Positions 1-8,573 of a stretch of DNA of 64,000 nucleotides are shown here, one piece after another; the first letter of the stretch is position 1; each line of letters opens with the position of its first letter. The translations under genes and the position numbers were made by a program. This stretch comes from Rhodanobacteraceae bacterium (GTDB lineage Bacteria > Pseudomonadota > Gammaproteobacteria > Xanthomonadales > SZUA-5), in contig JANNYA010000168.1 of NCBI GenBank assembly GCA_031409855.1, forward strand, positions 5,715-69,714. The letters are read 5' to 3'. The notes under the pieces are model-generated. The model worked only from the letters and a program-made list of their open reading frames with translations. It did not search any database and was not told the origin of the DNA.

Positions 1-2631
1 CCGTCGCGCGAGTTGCGCCAGCCGCAGCTCGGTCAGCGCGGCGTTGACGGACTTCTCGCCGTGGAATTTGCGCAGGGCGTCGGCCAGCGAGGCCAGACGT
101 TCAAAATCGTCCGCCGATGGCTCCTTGCTAGCGGCGAGCAGCGTGGCGAAGCGCACGTTGCGAGTGAGGTGGGTCGAGCCCAGTCCACGGTAATGCTCGA
201 AGCGTTCCACCAGCCAGGCCCGGTCCGGCGCCGCGCTCAAGCCTTCTACCATGGCGCGGCTGTCGTCGGTCTCCGGGTTCGCGGCGCCGAGCACCGTGTT
301 GCGACGCTGGTAGACCGTCAGCGCGCACGCGCCGGCGCTCGCCGCGCCTTCCCGCGTGATCAGAACGCGACAGAGGTTGTGCTCCGCGCGCAGGGTATTG
401 ACGTCATCGGCACCGAAGGTCAGCCGACGCACCGCCAGTGAGCGCCGGTAGTGGCCCTCGGCGGTGACCAAATCGCCGCGCAACTCCTGCACGGTACCGA
501 GCTGGTTGAGCGCGCGTGCGTGCTCGCCCGACTCCGGCGACACCCGCGCGGCGATGTCGGCTGCGGCTTGGCAAAGCGCAAGCGCCTCGACGAGATCGCC
601 ACGCAGCATCTTGAGCACGCCCAGCTCATTGCTCGCGATGCCGGTCTCTAGGCTATCGAGGCCATTGGTCTTGCGACGGCCCGCCACGAGCTGCTCCAGC
701 AATTCAATGGCTGAATTGATTTCACCGATGCCGGCCAGAGTCTGGGCCAGCGGCATCATGCTGACCATTGTGCGCGGGTCCTCGGCACTGTAGAGCGCCG
801 TTTTCTCATCGACCGCTTGCTGATATTGTTGACTCGCTAACGCCAGCTCGCCCCGGCGCTGGGCGATCCATCCCAGGTTGTGGCGCACGGCGGCCAGCCC
901 CTCCAGGTCCGGTGGCCGCTGTGCCGCGAAGATTTTCTGGGCCCTCAAGAACAGAGCCTCAGCTTCGTCTCCGCGACCCTGCTTTTGCACCGCTACGCCC
1001 AGGGACTGCAGCGCGTGCGCAACCGCCGCGCCATTGCGCCCCAAATGCGTCTCGCGTAGCGCCAGTGCAGCTCGGGCTGACGCCTCAGCTTCGGGGTTGC
1101 GCTCCAGCGTCGACAGCGCGCGCGCCTGTTCGTGCAGCAACTCGGCCTTCAGCAGCGGCTCGGATGGCGCAAGCGCAAGTCCAGCTTGGAACTGGGCCGC
1201 AGCAACGTCTGGATCGCCGATCTGCGCGAACAATACGCCCACGGTTAAGCGCAACTGCGCGTCGATACCGACGTCCCCGCTGCGATGCCTGCCCAGACGC
1301 TCGGCCCCGCGTTCGAGTAAGGCGCGCGCACTCAGCTCCGCATTGCGCGCAATACGCGGATCCGCGCCCTCGAACAAATCGGTCATCAGCTCAGCGACGG
1401 CCTGTGCCGTCTGCGCTTTGCGCTCGGCTTCCCGCTCAGCTAGCTGCGCACGCTGCAGGGCCGTCTGCAATTGCACGATGAAGAACACGGTGGCCACGAG
1501 CGCGGCGGCGGCAACCGCGACGCCCCAACGGTGGCGGCGCAGCCATTTGCGGCTGCGATAAGCCACGCTGTCTGGCATGGCTAGGACCGGCAAGCCGCGT
1601 TGCCATCGTTTCAGATCCGCCACCAAATCAGCCGCCGACCGATAACGGCGCTCCGGCTCCTCGCGCAGCGCCATCGCAACAATGCGATCGAGCTCGATCT
1701 TGATGCCGCTGGCATCGCGCCGCACCCAGGGCAGCTCGGAACTCCTTGCGACCTGACTGGCTTGGGTGCGAGGTGCCGCATCGTCTTTGCCACGGGCCGG
1801 CACGCCGCATAGCAGCTCGAACAACATCAGCCCCAAGGCATGCACATCGGTGGCCACGGTCACCGCGCGGCCAGCGATTTGCTCCGGCGCGGCATACGTG
1901 GGGGTGTATACGCGAGTCGAAGTGATTCGCTCCGATGCTTCGGTGCCAATCAGTTTGGCGATACCAAAATCCAACAACACCGGGCTGTGATCGCGACGAA
2001 CCAACAAATTGGCCGGTTTCAAGTCGCGATGCACAACCAAGTTAGCGTGTGCATGGTCAACAGCTTGCGCGAGCGCAATTAGCAAATCCAGCCGCTGTTG
2101 CAGACTGGGTTGATGCTGCTCCAGCCAGCTTTGCACAGTCTGACCATCCACGTACTCCATCACCAGATAGCGCCGCCCATCGGCCGAGCCAGCGTCCAGG
2201 AAGCGCGCAATATTGGGGTGGTGCAGGCTCGCTAGCACCATTCGTTCACGCTGGAACAGATCATCCGCCGCCGCTCGACCGGCACCGCGGACCAGTTTCA
2301 AAGCCACCTGCTGACGCACGCCATCGGCGTATCGCTCGGCCAGATAAACCCACCCCATCCCGCCGGCCCCCAGCAAGCGCAATAACTGGTAGGGGCCGAT
2401 CTGTTGCCCTTGGGCAGGCGGCGCACTATCTAAACTGCGCAATACGCGACCGCCAATAGGGTCTTCTGTTGCACCTGAAGTCTTTCCCGAGGGCAGTAAT
2501 TTGCGCAGTTGTTCGACCAATTCGGGGTGCAGCAAAGCGAGTTCCGCCAACGCCGATTCGCGCGCTTCAGGCGCCAGCTCGACCAAGTAATCAAAACTTT
2601 CGCGCAGCTGTGGTTCGGCGTGGGCGCTCAT
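1..2631 (-). CDS. Ser/Thr protein kinase with one TM segment and C-terminal TPR repeats (3' end runs off the left edge)
   Basis: Absent from the ORF track because it has no stop in the window. My minus-strand translation from the ATG at 2631 stays open to position 1. It shows LLGAGGMGWVY (Gly loop), QVALK, VVHRDLKPANLLV, LLDFGIAK and YAAPEQ. A hydrophobic segment WGVAVAAAALVATVFFIV lies at about 1520-1470, followed by repeated TPR-like helices. Its ATG overlaps the sigma gene stop (ATGA). Confidence 0.85.
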   Translation of the reverse strand, partial: MSAHAEPQLRESFDYLVELAPEARESALAELALLHPELVEQLRKLLPSGKTSGATEDPIGGRVLRSLDSAPPAQGQQIGPYQLLRLLGAGGMGWVYLAERYADGVRQQVALKLVRGAGRAAADDLFQRERMVLASLHHPNIARFLDAGSADGRRYLVMEYVDGQTVQSWLEQHQPSLQQRLDLLIALAQAVDHAHANLVVHRDLKPANLLVRRDHSPVLLDFGIAKLIGTEASERITSTRVYTPTYAAPEQIAGRAVTVATDVHALGLMLFELLCGVPARGKDDAAPRTQASQVARSSELPWVRRDASGIKIELDRIVAMALREEPERRYRSAADLVADLKRWQRGLPVLAMPDSVAYRSRKWLRRHRWGVAVAAAALVATVFFIVQLQTALQRAQLAEREAERKAQTAQAVAELMTDLFEGADPRIARNAELSARALLERGAERLGRHRSGDVGIDAQLRLTVGVLFAQIGDPDVAAAQFQAGLALAPSEPLLKAELLHEQARALSTLERNPEAEASARAALALRETHLGRNGAAVAHALQSLGVAVQKQGRGDEAEALFLRAQKIFAAQRPPDLEGLAAVRHNLGWIAQRRGELALASQQYQQAVDEKTALYSAEDPRTMVSMMPLAQTLAGIGEINSAIELLEQLVAGRRKTNGLDSLETGIASNELGVLKMLRGDLVEALALCQAAADIAARVSPESGEHARALNQLGTVQELRGDLVTAEGHYRRSLAVRRLTFGADDVNTLRAEHNLCRVLITREGAASAGACALTVYQRRNTVLGAANPETDDSRAMVEGLSAAPDRAWLVERFEHYRGLGSTHLTRNVRFATLLAASKEPSADDFERLASLADALRKFHGEKSVNAALTELRLAQLARR

Positions 2632-3179
2632 TCTTTCAGCGCCTGACGCAGCCAAGCCTGACCGAATCGCAGGGCCCGAAACACGCTGGAGACCGAGCAC
2701 CCCAACGCTTCCGCCACCTCCTCACGCGCCAGGCCGCCGAAATAACTGAGTTCGATGACCTTGGCCGCTTGCGCATCAACGTTCGCCAGCCCTTCCAACG
2801 CTTGGTGCAACTCCAAAATGCCCAAGTCAGCAGATGGGTCGACCAAGTCCTCCCCCAAAGTGACTTGAACCTGCGCGCCGCCTCGGCGGAGCGAATCCCG
2901 GGCGCGCGCTTGATCCACCAAAACGCTGCGCATATGGAGTGCGGCAAAAGCGAAGAAATGCGCGCGGTCGCGCCAATCGACCTCGCCGCCCAGCAAACGC
3001 AGCATCGCTTCATTGACCAACGCAGTCGGCTGCAGCGTAACCTGCTGTTCGCTGCGCAATCGCACCGCCGCCAGCTCGCGCAACTGCCCTTGAACAAGCC
3101 CCGCCAGTTCATTGAGCGCCTGCCGATCACCGGCCTTCCAGCGTTGCAAGCATTGGGTGATGTTGTCGGAGGCTTGCAT
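2628..3179 (-). CDS. ECF-type RNA polymerase sigma factor (kinase-associated ECF family)
   Basis: 183-aa ORF. N-terminal ITQCLQRWKAGDRQALNELAG...TLQPTALVNEAMLRL...HFFAFAALHMRSVLVDQARAR matches the sigma region 2 pattern of the ECF clade that pairs with Ser/Thr kinases. C-terminal LSYFGGLAREEVAEALGCSVSSVFRALRFGQAWL is a region 4 HTH. Confidence 0.85.
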   Translation of the reverse strand: MQASDNITQCLQRWKAGDRQALNELAGLVQGQLRELAAVRLRSEQQVTLQPTALVNEAMLRLLGGEVDWRDRAHFFAFAALHMRSVLVDQARARDSLRRGGAQVQVTLGEDLVDPSADLGILELHQALEGLANVDAQAAKVIELSYFGGLAREEVAEALGCSVSSVFRALRFGQAWLRQALKE

Positions 3180-3564
3180 CGTGGTGGGCCTTAAGTTGAA
3201 GCTTTATTTTAACCAGCATGCCAAGCACTTTGGCTTGTTCTTTTCGGTTGACCGATTTATCCAGGAACTTAGCCTACGCTGTTAATGAAACGCACCGAAT
3301 AGCTGCTGGGGCTTAATTCTTCAAACTTTCGGCGCAGATTTTTGATGTGGCAATAGACGGTGCGCACTGACGATGCGGTGATCCAAATTGCACACCCCGC
3401 TCATCGAACCGAACGTGCGGTTGGCGATGCGCTGGCGCACTGCGCGCTGGCCGATCCAAACCGCAACTACATCGGTGCCGAAGTGTATGCGCCCGGTGTC
3501 GGGCACCTTTTACTCGCCATCGAAGCGGCGAATTTGAGCAACGCCCGGATTTATCACGGCAAAC

Positions 3565-6500
3565 TCACCCACTCAACGCCCGCAAACGTTTCACACTCGC
3601 CGCTTCTGCCGTTTTCAACTCCGGCGCAAAAATTGAGACGCGGAATTCTTCTAATAGCCAACGCAGCGGCTGATTTTTAGGCGCGTGACGAGCGTTTTCG
3701 ATGATGGCCATGAACGGCAGTAGGTCGAGCATTTTTGCTTGATCTTTAATCGGCTCGTTGAACAGCCGCTCCAGACGAATCGCGATGGCTTTTAGATAGC
3801 GTGGATAGTGCGCAAGTCGGCTCATCGGTATTTCCAAAACAAATTTCGGATAGATCAGCCCGGCTAATTGCGCGCGGATATCGTCTAGATTTGCTTTGGC
3901 GAGACCAATCACCGGCGGCGTTAATTTGCGCCGGATCGCGCTGTGCGCACAGAGGATTTCATCTAACAATGCCGCGGTTTTACCGCTGTCTGGGCCGAGG
4001 TGGGTGCGTGCGTGTTCGCTCAAATGGTGAAAGTCCGCCAATGTGCGCGTACTTGCTGCTAGCTCGCGATTGCCGGAAATTAGACAAGCCTCAACCAATT
4101 CCACGCGCAAATTTTCCGCTGCATCCACGGCGGCGTAAGCCAGCATTGCGGTGCTGCTCAGGCTGGCATTTTTGCGCCAATAGCGCAATTCATCCGGCAA
4201 ATGCAGGCGCAACAAGCGGAGCGCGCCCTCCGGGTGATGCGCATTCGCTTCTTCAATGGTGGCGTAGGCGCGCAAGCTGGCGTCAACTCCGGTGTCGTGC
4301 AGGGCCGGAAACGCCGCGCTGCCATCATCGCTGGTGATTTGTACCGGCAAATCAAACGGCCAGGTTTTAAGCTGATCACGGTTATAAAGCGCGCCGACTT
4401 TCGCCGTGAATGCGGCGCGCGCGGCGGAGCGAAAATTGGCTTGTAATGCGGCGATATCCCGGCCTTCCGTCAAAATTTCGCCAGCCGGCCCGGTAACCAC
4501 AATACGCAGCTGCAAATGGTTCGCCAGCGCCGCGCTGTCAAAGTCGGTTTCCGCAAATGCCTCACCGCAAATTTTGCTTAAGAAACGCGCGAGTGCGGTT
4601 GCCATAGAATAATCCGCAGAAGGTGCTTCGGCTTCTAAAAACGCGCGGGCAAAATCGGGGGCAGGCACCGCCAAACGGCGCAAGTGTTTCGGCAGCGATT
4701 TAATCAGCGCCGCCGCTTTTTCCTCGCGCAGGCCAGGCACTAACCAATCCAATTGTGCCAAGGGCAGGGCGCCGAGTTGCTCCAGCTTGACCATCGCGGT
4801 CACGCCATCGTTCGCGGCGCTGGGATCAAACTGATAGCTCAGCGCCAACTTAAAACCGCCCGCCATTAGCTCATCGGGAAATTCATGGCTGAGTGGCGTC
4901 GTTAGCAAAATTAAATCATTCACGTGCAGGCGTAAGTTCGCTTCCTGATTGCGCCCAACAGGTGACTTTAGCCAGCTGATAAACGCCGGGACGCTGCGAA
5001 TATCCGCCGGTACGCGCGCATCAAACCATTCGGCGATCCCTGATTCAGATTTCAGCAACCCGCGGCGGCGCAGCTTGTCCTCTTTCGCATGCGCCTCCAG
5101 GCGCACGGCGGCGTTGTGCGCAAACAGCCGGTGCGGCGTACTGACTTCGCCACCCGCTAGGGCGTGGCGCAAAAACAACTCACGCGACTCAGCCGGGTTG
5201 ATTAGTTCGTACTGCGCGCGGCGCTTGACATAGACCGTTAGCCCCAGCAGCATGGCGTCGACAAAACACATCACGCGGCCAGCGCGTTCATCCCAAAACG
5301 GGTCGTAATGGCGCTTCTTAATCAGGTGTGCGCCGATTGTTTCTAGCCAAGCGGGTTCAATTTTGGCAACCCCAATCGCCCAGACTTTTTGCGTGTCTAA
5401 TAGTGTGTCCGCCATGACCCAGCGCGGGCTGCCTTTGATGGCCGAGCCTGGGAAGATTTGGAATTTGCGCTGGCGCGTGCCTTTGTAGACGCCTTTTTCG
5501 TCATGCTCACCGACTTGGCCAATCAACGCGGTTAACAGCGCGCGATGCAGCGCTTCAAAGCTGGCGCTCTTTTCGTTGCCGGCCCAACCCAATTCGCGCG
5601 TGGAATTACTCAATTGCTGATGTAAATCGCGCCATTCGCGTAAGCGCATAAAGCTCAAGAAATGATTGCGCGCCCAATCGCGCAGTTTGCTTTGGCTCAA
5701 AGCTTGGCTTTGAAACTGATAGGCATCCCAGAGTTTCAGCCAGCTCATAAAATCACTGCGTTCATCGCTGAACGTGGCATGCGCGGCGTCCGCACTGCCA
5801 CGTTTGTCCGCTGGGCGTTCACGCGGGTCTTGAATCGACAAACCGGCGGTCAAAACCAGCATTTCTTTTAGGCAGTTTTCGGACTTTGCCGCAATCAACA
5901 TGCGCGCGTAATGCACATCAATCGGCAGCTCGGCCATTTGCCTGCCAAGCTCAGTCAACGTACGTTGTTCCGTGATCGCCCCCAGTTCGCTCAACACCAA
6001 ATAGCCATCATTGATCGCGCTGTTATCAGGCGGCTCAACAAAAGGAAAGGCGCGTGGATCGCCCAAATTAAGCCGCAACATGCGCAACAGCACGCCGGCA
6101 AGTGAGCTGCGCAGTATTTCTGGGTCGGTAAACGCCGGGCGCAGTTGAAAATCTAGCTCTTCATAAAGCCGCACACACACGCCCGCCGCCACCCGCCCGC
6201 AGCGTCCGGCGCGCTGGTTCGCACTGGCTTGGCTGATCGCTTCGATGTGCAGCCGCTCAATTTTCGAGCGCGGCGAATAGCGCGCCACCCGCGCGGTGCC
6301 GGTGTCAATCACATAGCGGATGCGTGGCACCGTGATCGAGGTTTCCGCGACGTTGGTCGCCAACACAATCCGGCGTTTTGGCCCAGGCTGGAATACTTTA
6401 TCTTGCTCGGTGGCGGATAGTCTGGAAAACAGCGTCACGACTTCGGTTTCACGAAAATTGCGCCGCTCTATCGCCGCTTGCGCATCGCGAATTTCACGTT

Positions 6501-7404
6501 CGCCCGGAAAGAACACGAGCACATCGCCGCCAATCGAATTCGGCGTCTCGCGGTTAAGTTCTTCAATCGCGGCAATAATGGCGGAAGGCTGCGCGCGTTC
6601 GTTGCGCTCATCCTCGTCGCCAGAAATCGGGCGATAGCGCAGCTCTACCGGAAAGCCACGGCCTTCCACGGTAAACACCGGCGCGTTGTTGAAATGCGCA
6701 GAAAAGCGCGCGGTATCAATGGTGGCTGAGGTAATAATGACTTTCAAATCCGGCCGCTTCGGCAGCAGCTTTTTGATAAAGCCCAGCAGAAAATCGATGT
6801 TGAGTGAGCGCTCATGCGCTTCATCAATAATCAGCGTGTCATAGTTGGCCAAATTCCGATCAGACTGCGTTTCCGCGAGCAAAATGCCGTCGGTCATGAA
6901 CTTAATCAACGTCGAATCGCCGACCGCTTCGGTAAACCGCACCTGCCAACCCACCACGCCGCCCAGTTCGCAGTTCAACTCTTGCGCAACCCGTTTAGCG
7001 ACCGTTTTTGCGGCGATCCGGCGTGGCTGGGTACAACCGATCATGCCCAGAATTCCACGCCCGGCGCTTAAACACAGCTTTGGCAACTGCGTGGTTTTAC
7101 CCGAGCCGGTTTCGCCCGCAACTATGACCACTTGATTGCGCGTTATCGCCTGGATTAATTCATCGGCATAGGCTTGAATCGGCAGGGCTTCGTCGATGCT
7201 GATTTTGGGTACACGCGCCTTGCGCGAGTCGACCAGCGCTTTGGCCTTATCGAAGTCTGCTTGGAAGCGAACGCGATCAGTGTGATCCACGGCCAGATTT
7301 TGCACACGCTGCCAAGTGCTGCGGAGGCGGTGTTGTAGGCGGATTGGGATTAGATGGAATGCGGGGCGAACAATCGCTTTGTCGCGCAGCACAGGTTCAG
7401 ACAT
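3565..7404 (-). CDS. hrpA: ATP-dependent RNA helicase HrpA (DEAH-box)
   Basis: 1279-aa ORF with GETGSGKTTQLP (motif I), IIDEAHERS (DEAH), TSATID, TNVAETSITV and QRAGRCGR, plus the long HrpA-type C-terminal extension. Confidence 0.95.
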   Translation of the reverse strand: MSEPVLRDKAIVRPAFHLIPIRLQHRLRSTWQRVQNLAVDHTDRVRFQADFDKAKALVDSRKARVPKISIDEALPIQAYADELIQAITRNQVVIVAGETGSGKTTQLPKLCLSAGRGILGMIGCTQPRRIAAKTVAKRVAQELNCELGGVVGWQVRFTEAVGDSTLIKFMTDGILLAETQSDRNLANYDTLIIDEAHERSLNIDFLLGFIKKLLPKRPDLKVIITSATIDTARFSAHFNNAPVFTVEGRGFPVELRYRPISGDEDERNERAQPSAIIAAIEELNRETPNSIGGDVLVFFPGEREIRDAQAAIERRNFRETEVVTLFSRLSATEQDKVFQPGPKRRIVLATNVAETSITVPRIRYVIDTGTARVARYSPRSKIERLHIEAISQASANQRAGRCGRVAAGVCVRLYEELDFQLRPAFTDPEILRSSLAGVLLRMLRLNLGDPRAFPFVEPPDNSAINDGYLVLSELGAITEQRTLTELGRQMAELPIDVHYARMLIAAKSENCLKEMLVLTAGLSIQDPRERPADKRGSADAAHATFSDERSDFMSWLKLWDAYQFQSQALSQSKLRDWARNHFLSFMRLREWRDLHQQLSNSTRELGWAGNEKSASFEALHRALLTALIGQVGEHDEKGVYKGTRQRKFQIFPGSAIKGSPRWVMADTLLDTQKVWAIGVAKIEPAWLETIGAHLIKKRHYDPFWDERAGRVMCFVDAMLLGLTVYVKRRAQYELINPAESRELFLRHALAGGEVSTPHRLFAHNAAVRLEAHAKEDKLRRRGLLKSESGIAEWFDARVPADIRSVPAFISWLKSPVGRNQEANLRLHVNDLILLTTPLSHEFPDELMAGGFKLALSYQFDPSAANDGVTAMVKLEQLGALPLAQLDWLVPGLREEKAAALIKSLPKHLRRLAVPAPDFARAFLEAEAPSADYSMATALARFLSKICGEAFAETDFDSAALANHLQLRIVVTGPAGEILTEGRDIAALQANFRSAARAAFTAKVGALYNRDQLKTWPFDLPVQITSDDGSAAFPALHDTGVDASLRAYATIEEANAHHPEGALRLLRLHLPDELRYWRKNASLSSTAMLAYAAVDAAENLRVELVEACLISGNRELAASTRTLADFHHLSEHARTHLGPDSGKTAALLDEILCAHSAIRRKLTPPVIGLAKANLDDIRAQLAGLIYPKFVLEIPMSRLAHYPRYLKAIAIRLERLFNEPIKDQAKMLDLLPFMAIIENARHAPKNQPLRWLLEEFRVSIFAPELKTAEAASVKRLRALSG

Positions 7405-7606
7405 TCATTAAACCCGCACCAAATTCTTTGCAAAGGCGCTCAATCAACTCACGCTCATGATTCAAAAGTTGCGTTTGGTCGACAAAGCGCCAGTTTCGCT
7501 CGTACAGTGCAAAGGCTTCATGATCTGCCAAAGTATCTTCCTTGCGCATGTTCCAGGCGATCAAACGAAGTTGCGGGAAATTGTGTAGGTGAATGGTCAT
7601 GGCCAA
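7397..7606 (-). CDS. small hypothetical protein (69 aa), start-stop coupled to hrpA
   Basis: ORF in a locally AT-richer stretch. Its stop overlaps the hrpA start (ATGTCTGA). I recognise no family. Confidence 0.45.
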   Translation of the reverse strand: MAMTIHLHNFPQLRLIAWNMRKEDTLADHEAFALYERNWRFVDQTQLLNHERELIERLCKEFGAGLMNV

Positions 7607-7615
7607 AACTTTGTA

Positions 7616-7819
7616 CTAAAAACCAATAACTCGACCTTTTGTATCAAACTTCGGAGGTGCATCGTCAAAGTTGAAAACCGAATATTCGGGCGGCAAGTTG
7701 GCTAAATCATCCAGTTGCCCCTCCATACAACCAAACAGGCTTGGCTTTTTCAATTCAGCGTTGGATTTTTCTACGCGGCTCGGCGCAATGCCACGCTTTG
7801 AAGAAATTTTTGATTTCAT
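7616..7819 (-). CDS. small hypothetical protein (67 aa from the internal ATG)
   Basis: The track ORF is 7616..7909. I prefer the MKSKISSKRG start at 7819. It ends 9 nt upstream of the 69-aa ORF and is AT-richer than its surroundings. No recognisable family. Confidence 0.35.
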   Translation of the reverse strand: MKSKISSKRGIAPSRVEKSNAELKKPSLFGCMEGQLDDLANLPPEYSVFNFDDAPPKFDTKGRVIGF

Positions 7820-7927
7820 AACCGACGCGCGCTGCTCTTGTGACGAGGCTAAATTATGCCGTAGTTTTGGTCTGCAGCATGCGGCAAAACATTTCCCGAT
7901 TAGCGCCAATCCTCAGTGTGCATGGTT

Positions 7928-7956
7928 CGTCATCCCCGCGAACGCGGGGATCCAGG
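7928..7956 (+). repeat. REP-like palindromic element (cgtcatCCCCGCGAACGCGGGGATCCAGG)
   Basis: Imperfect palindrome. Two other copies lie at 8051-8079 (inverted) and 45457-45485. Confidence 0.8.
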
Positions 7957-8050
7957 GGCGGTGACGACAGAAATTGTTTTGTAAAAAGCTTTGGGAAACA
8001 GGAATCCGGGCTTTTGAAAATATGATGCAAGCAAGCGCATTCCCATTCTC

Positions 8051-8079
8051 CCTGGATTCCCGCGTTCGCGGGAATGACG
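8051..8079 (-). repeat. REP-like palindromic element, inverted relative to the 7928 copy
   Basis: CCTGGATTCCCGCGTTCGCGGGAATGACG is the reverse complement of the same consensus. It forms an inverted pair about 95 bp from the first copy. Confidence 0.8.
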
Positions 8080-8355
8080 ATTTGGTGTTGCTGAGGATTG
8101 ACGCTAATCAGGAAACATTTAGGAGGCGCACGGAACATATTTCTTGCATACCTACCACCGATGCTACTTAACTTTCTGAAGAGGTGGCCCCTGCCAGCAG
8201 CACTCCGCGCTTGTTCAATCACTACCGTTGCTGCCTTCCGGCCCTGGCGGGGTTCGCAATCTAGCAACGCGAAGGTACCGGCAGAGGCCATAGAAAGCAT
8301 GCGTGTAACTTTGCGGGTGGTACTAAAAACTTTTCAGCTCACAAATCTTGCGATC

Positions 8356-8446
8356 TGGCGGAGAAAGAGGGATTCGAACCCTCGGTACGGGATTACCGTA
8401 CACACACTTTCCAGGCGTGCGCCTTAAACCGCTCGGCCATCTCTCC
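8356..8446 (-). tRNA. tRNA-Ser (anticodon GGA), class II with long variable arm, CCA encoded
   Basis: The reverse complement is GGAGAGATGGCCGAGCGGTTTAAGGCGCACGCCTGGAAAGTGTGTGTACGGTAATCCCGTACCGAGGGTTCGAATCCCTCTTTCTCCGCCA. I folded it by hand: 7-bp acceptor stem, anticodon stem CACGC/GTGTG, loop CTGGAAA, T arm GAGGG-TTCGAAT-CCCTC. Confidence 0.93.
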
Positions 8447-8573
8447 ACACCCCGCCGCTTGCGCGTCGGGTCGTGAACTATAGCCGCAGTACGCGTACTT
8501 CACAACCTAGGCCATATAAAATGCACGGCCCACTGTTTATGTTGCAAATGTTGGTTTAACCCAGGGCGTCAAG

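Noticed and set aside
13-2459. A series of + strand ORFs (142, 109, 237, 227, 136 aa and others) rich in Arg, Ala and Pro
   Set aside because: They lie antisense to, or out of frame with, the long open minus-strand kinase/TPR reading frame. Their composition is typical of GC-rich shadow frames, and they carry no motifs.
2469-3194. 241-aa + strand ORF and 164-aa minus-strand alternative frame over the sigma factor gene
   Set aside because: The 183-aa minus frame carries clear sigma region 2 and region 4 motifs. The others are shadow ORFs.
7854-8300. 148-aa minus-strand ORF (plus overlapping + strand ORFs at 7671, 7840, 7974 and 8098)
   Set aside because: They run through the REP palindromes, producing the tell-tale VIPANAGIQ and PRVRGDD peptides, and have no RBS or family signal.
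7610-8446. tRNA-Ser-anchored integrative island
   Set aside because: I looked for a direct repeat of the tRNA 3' end (GATTCGAACCCTC...) to the left and for an integrase gene, and found neither.
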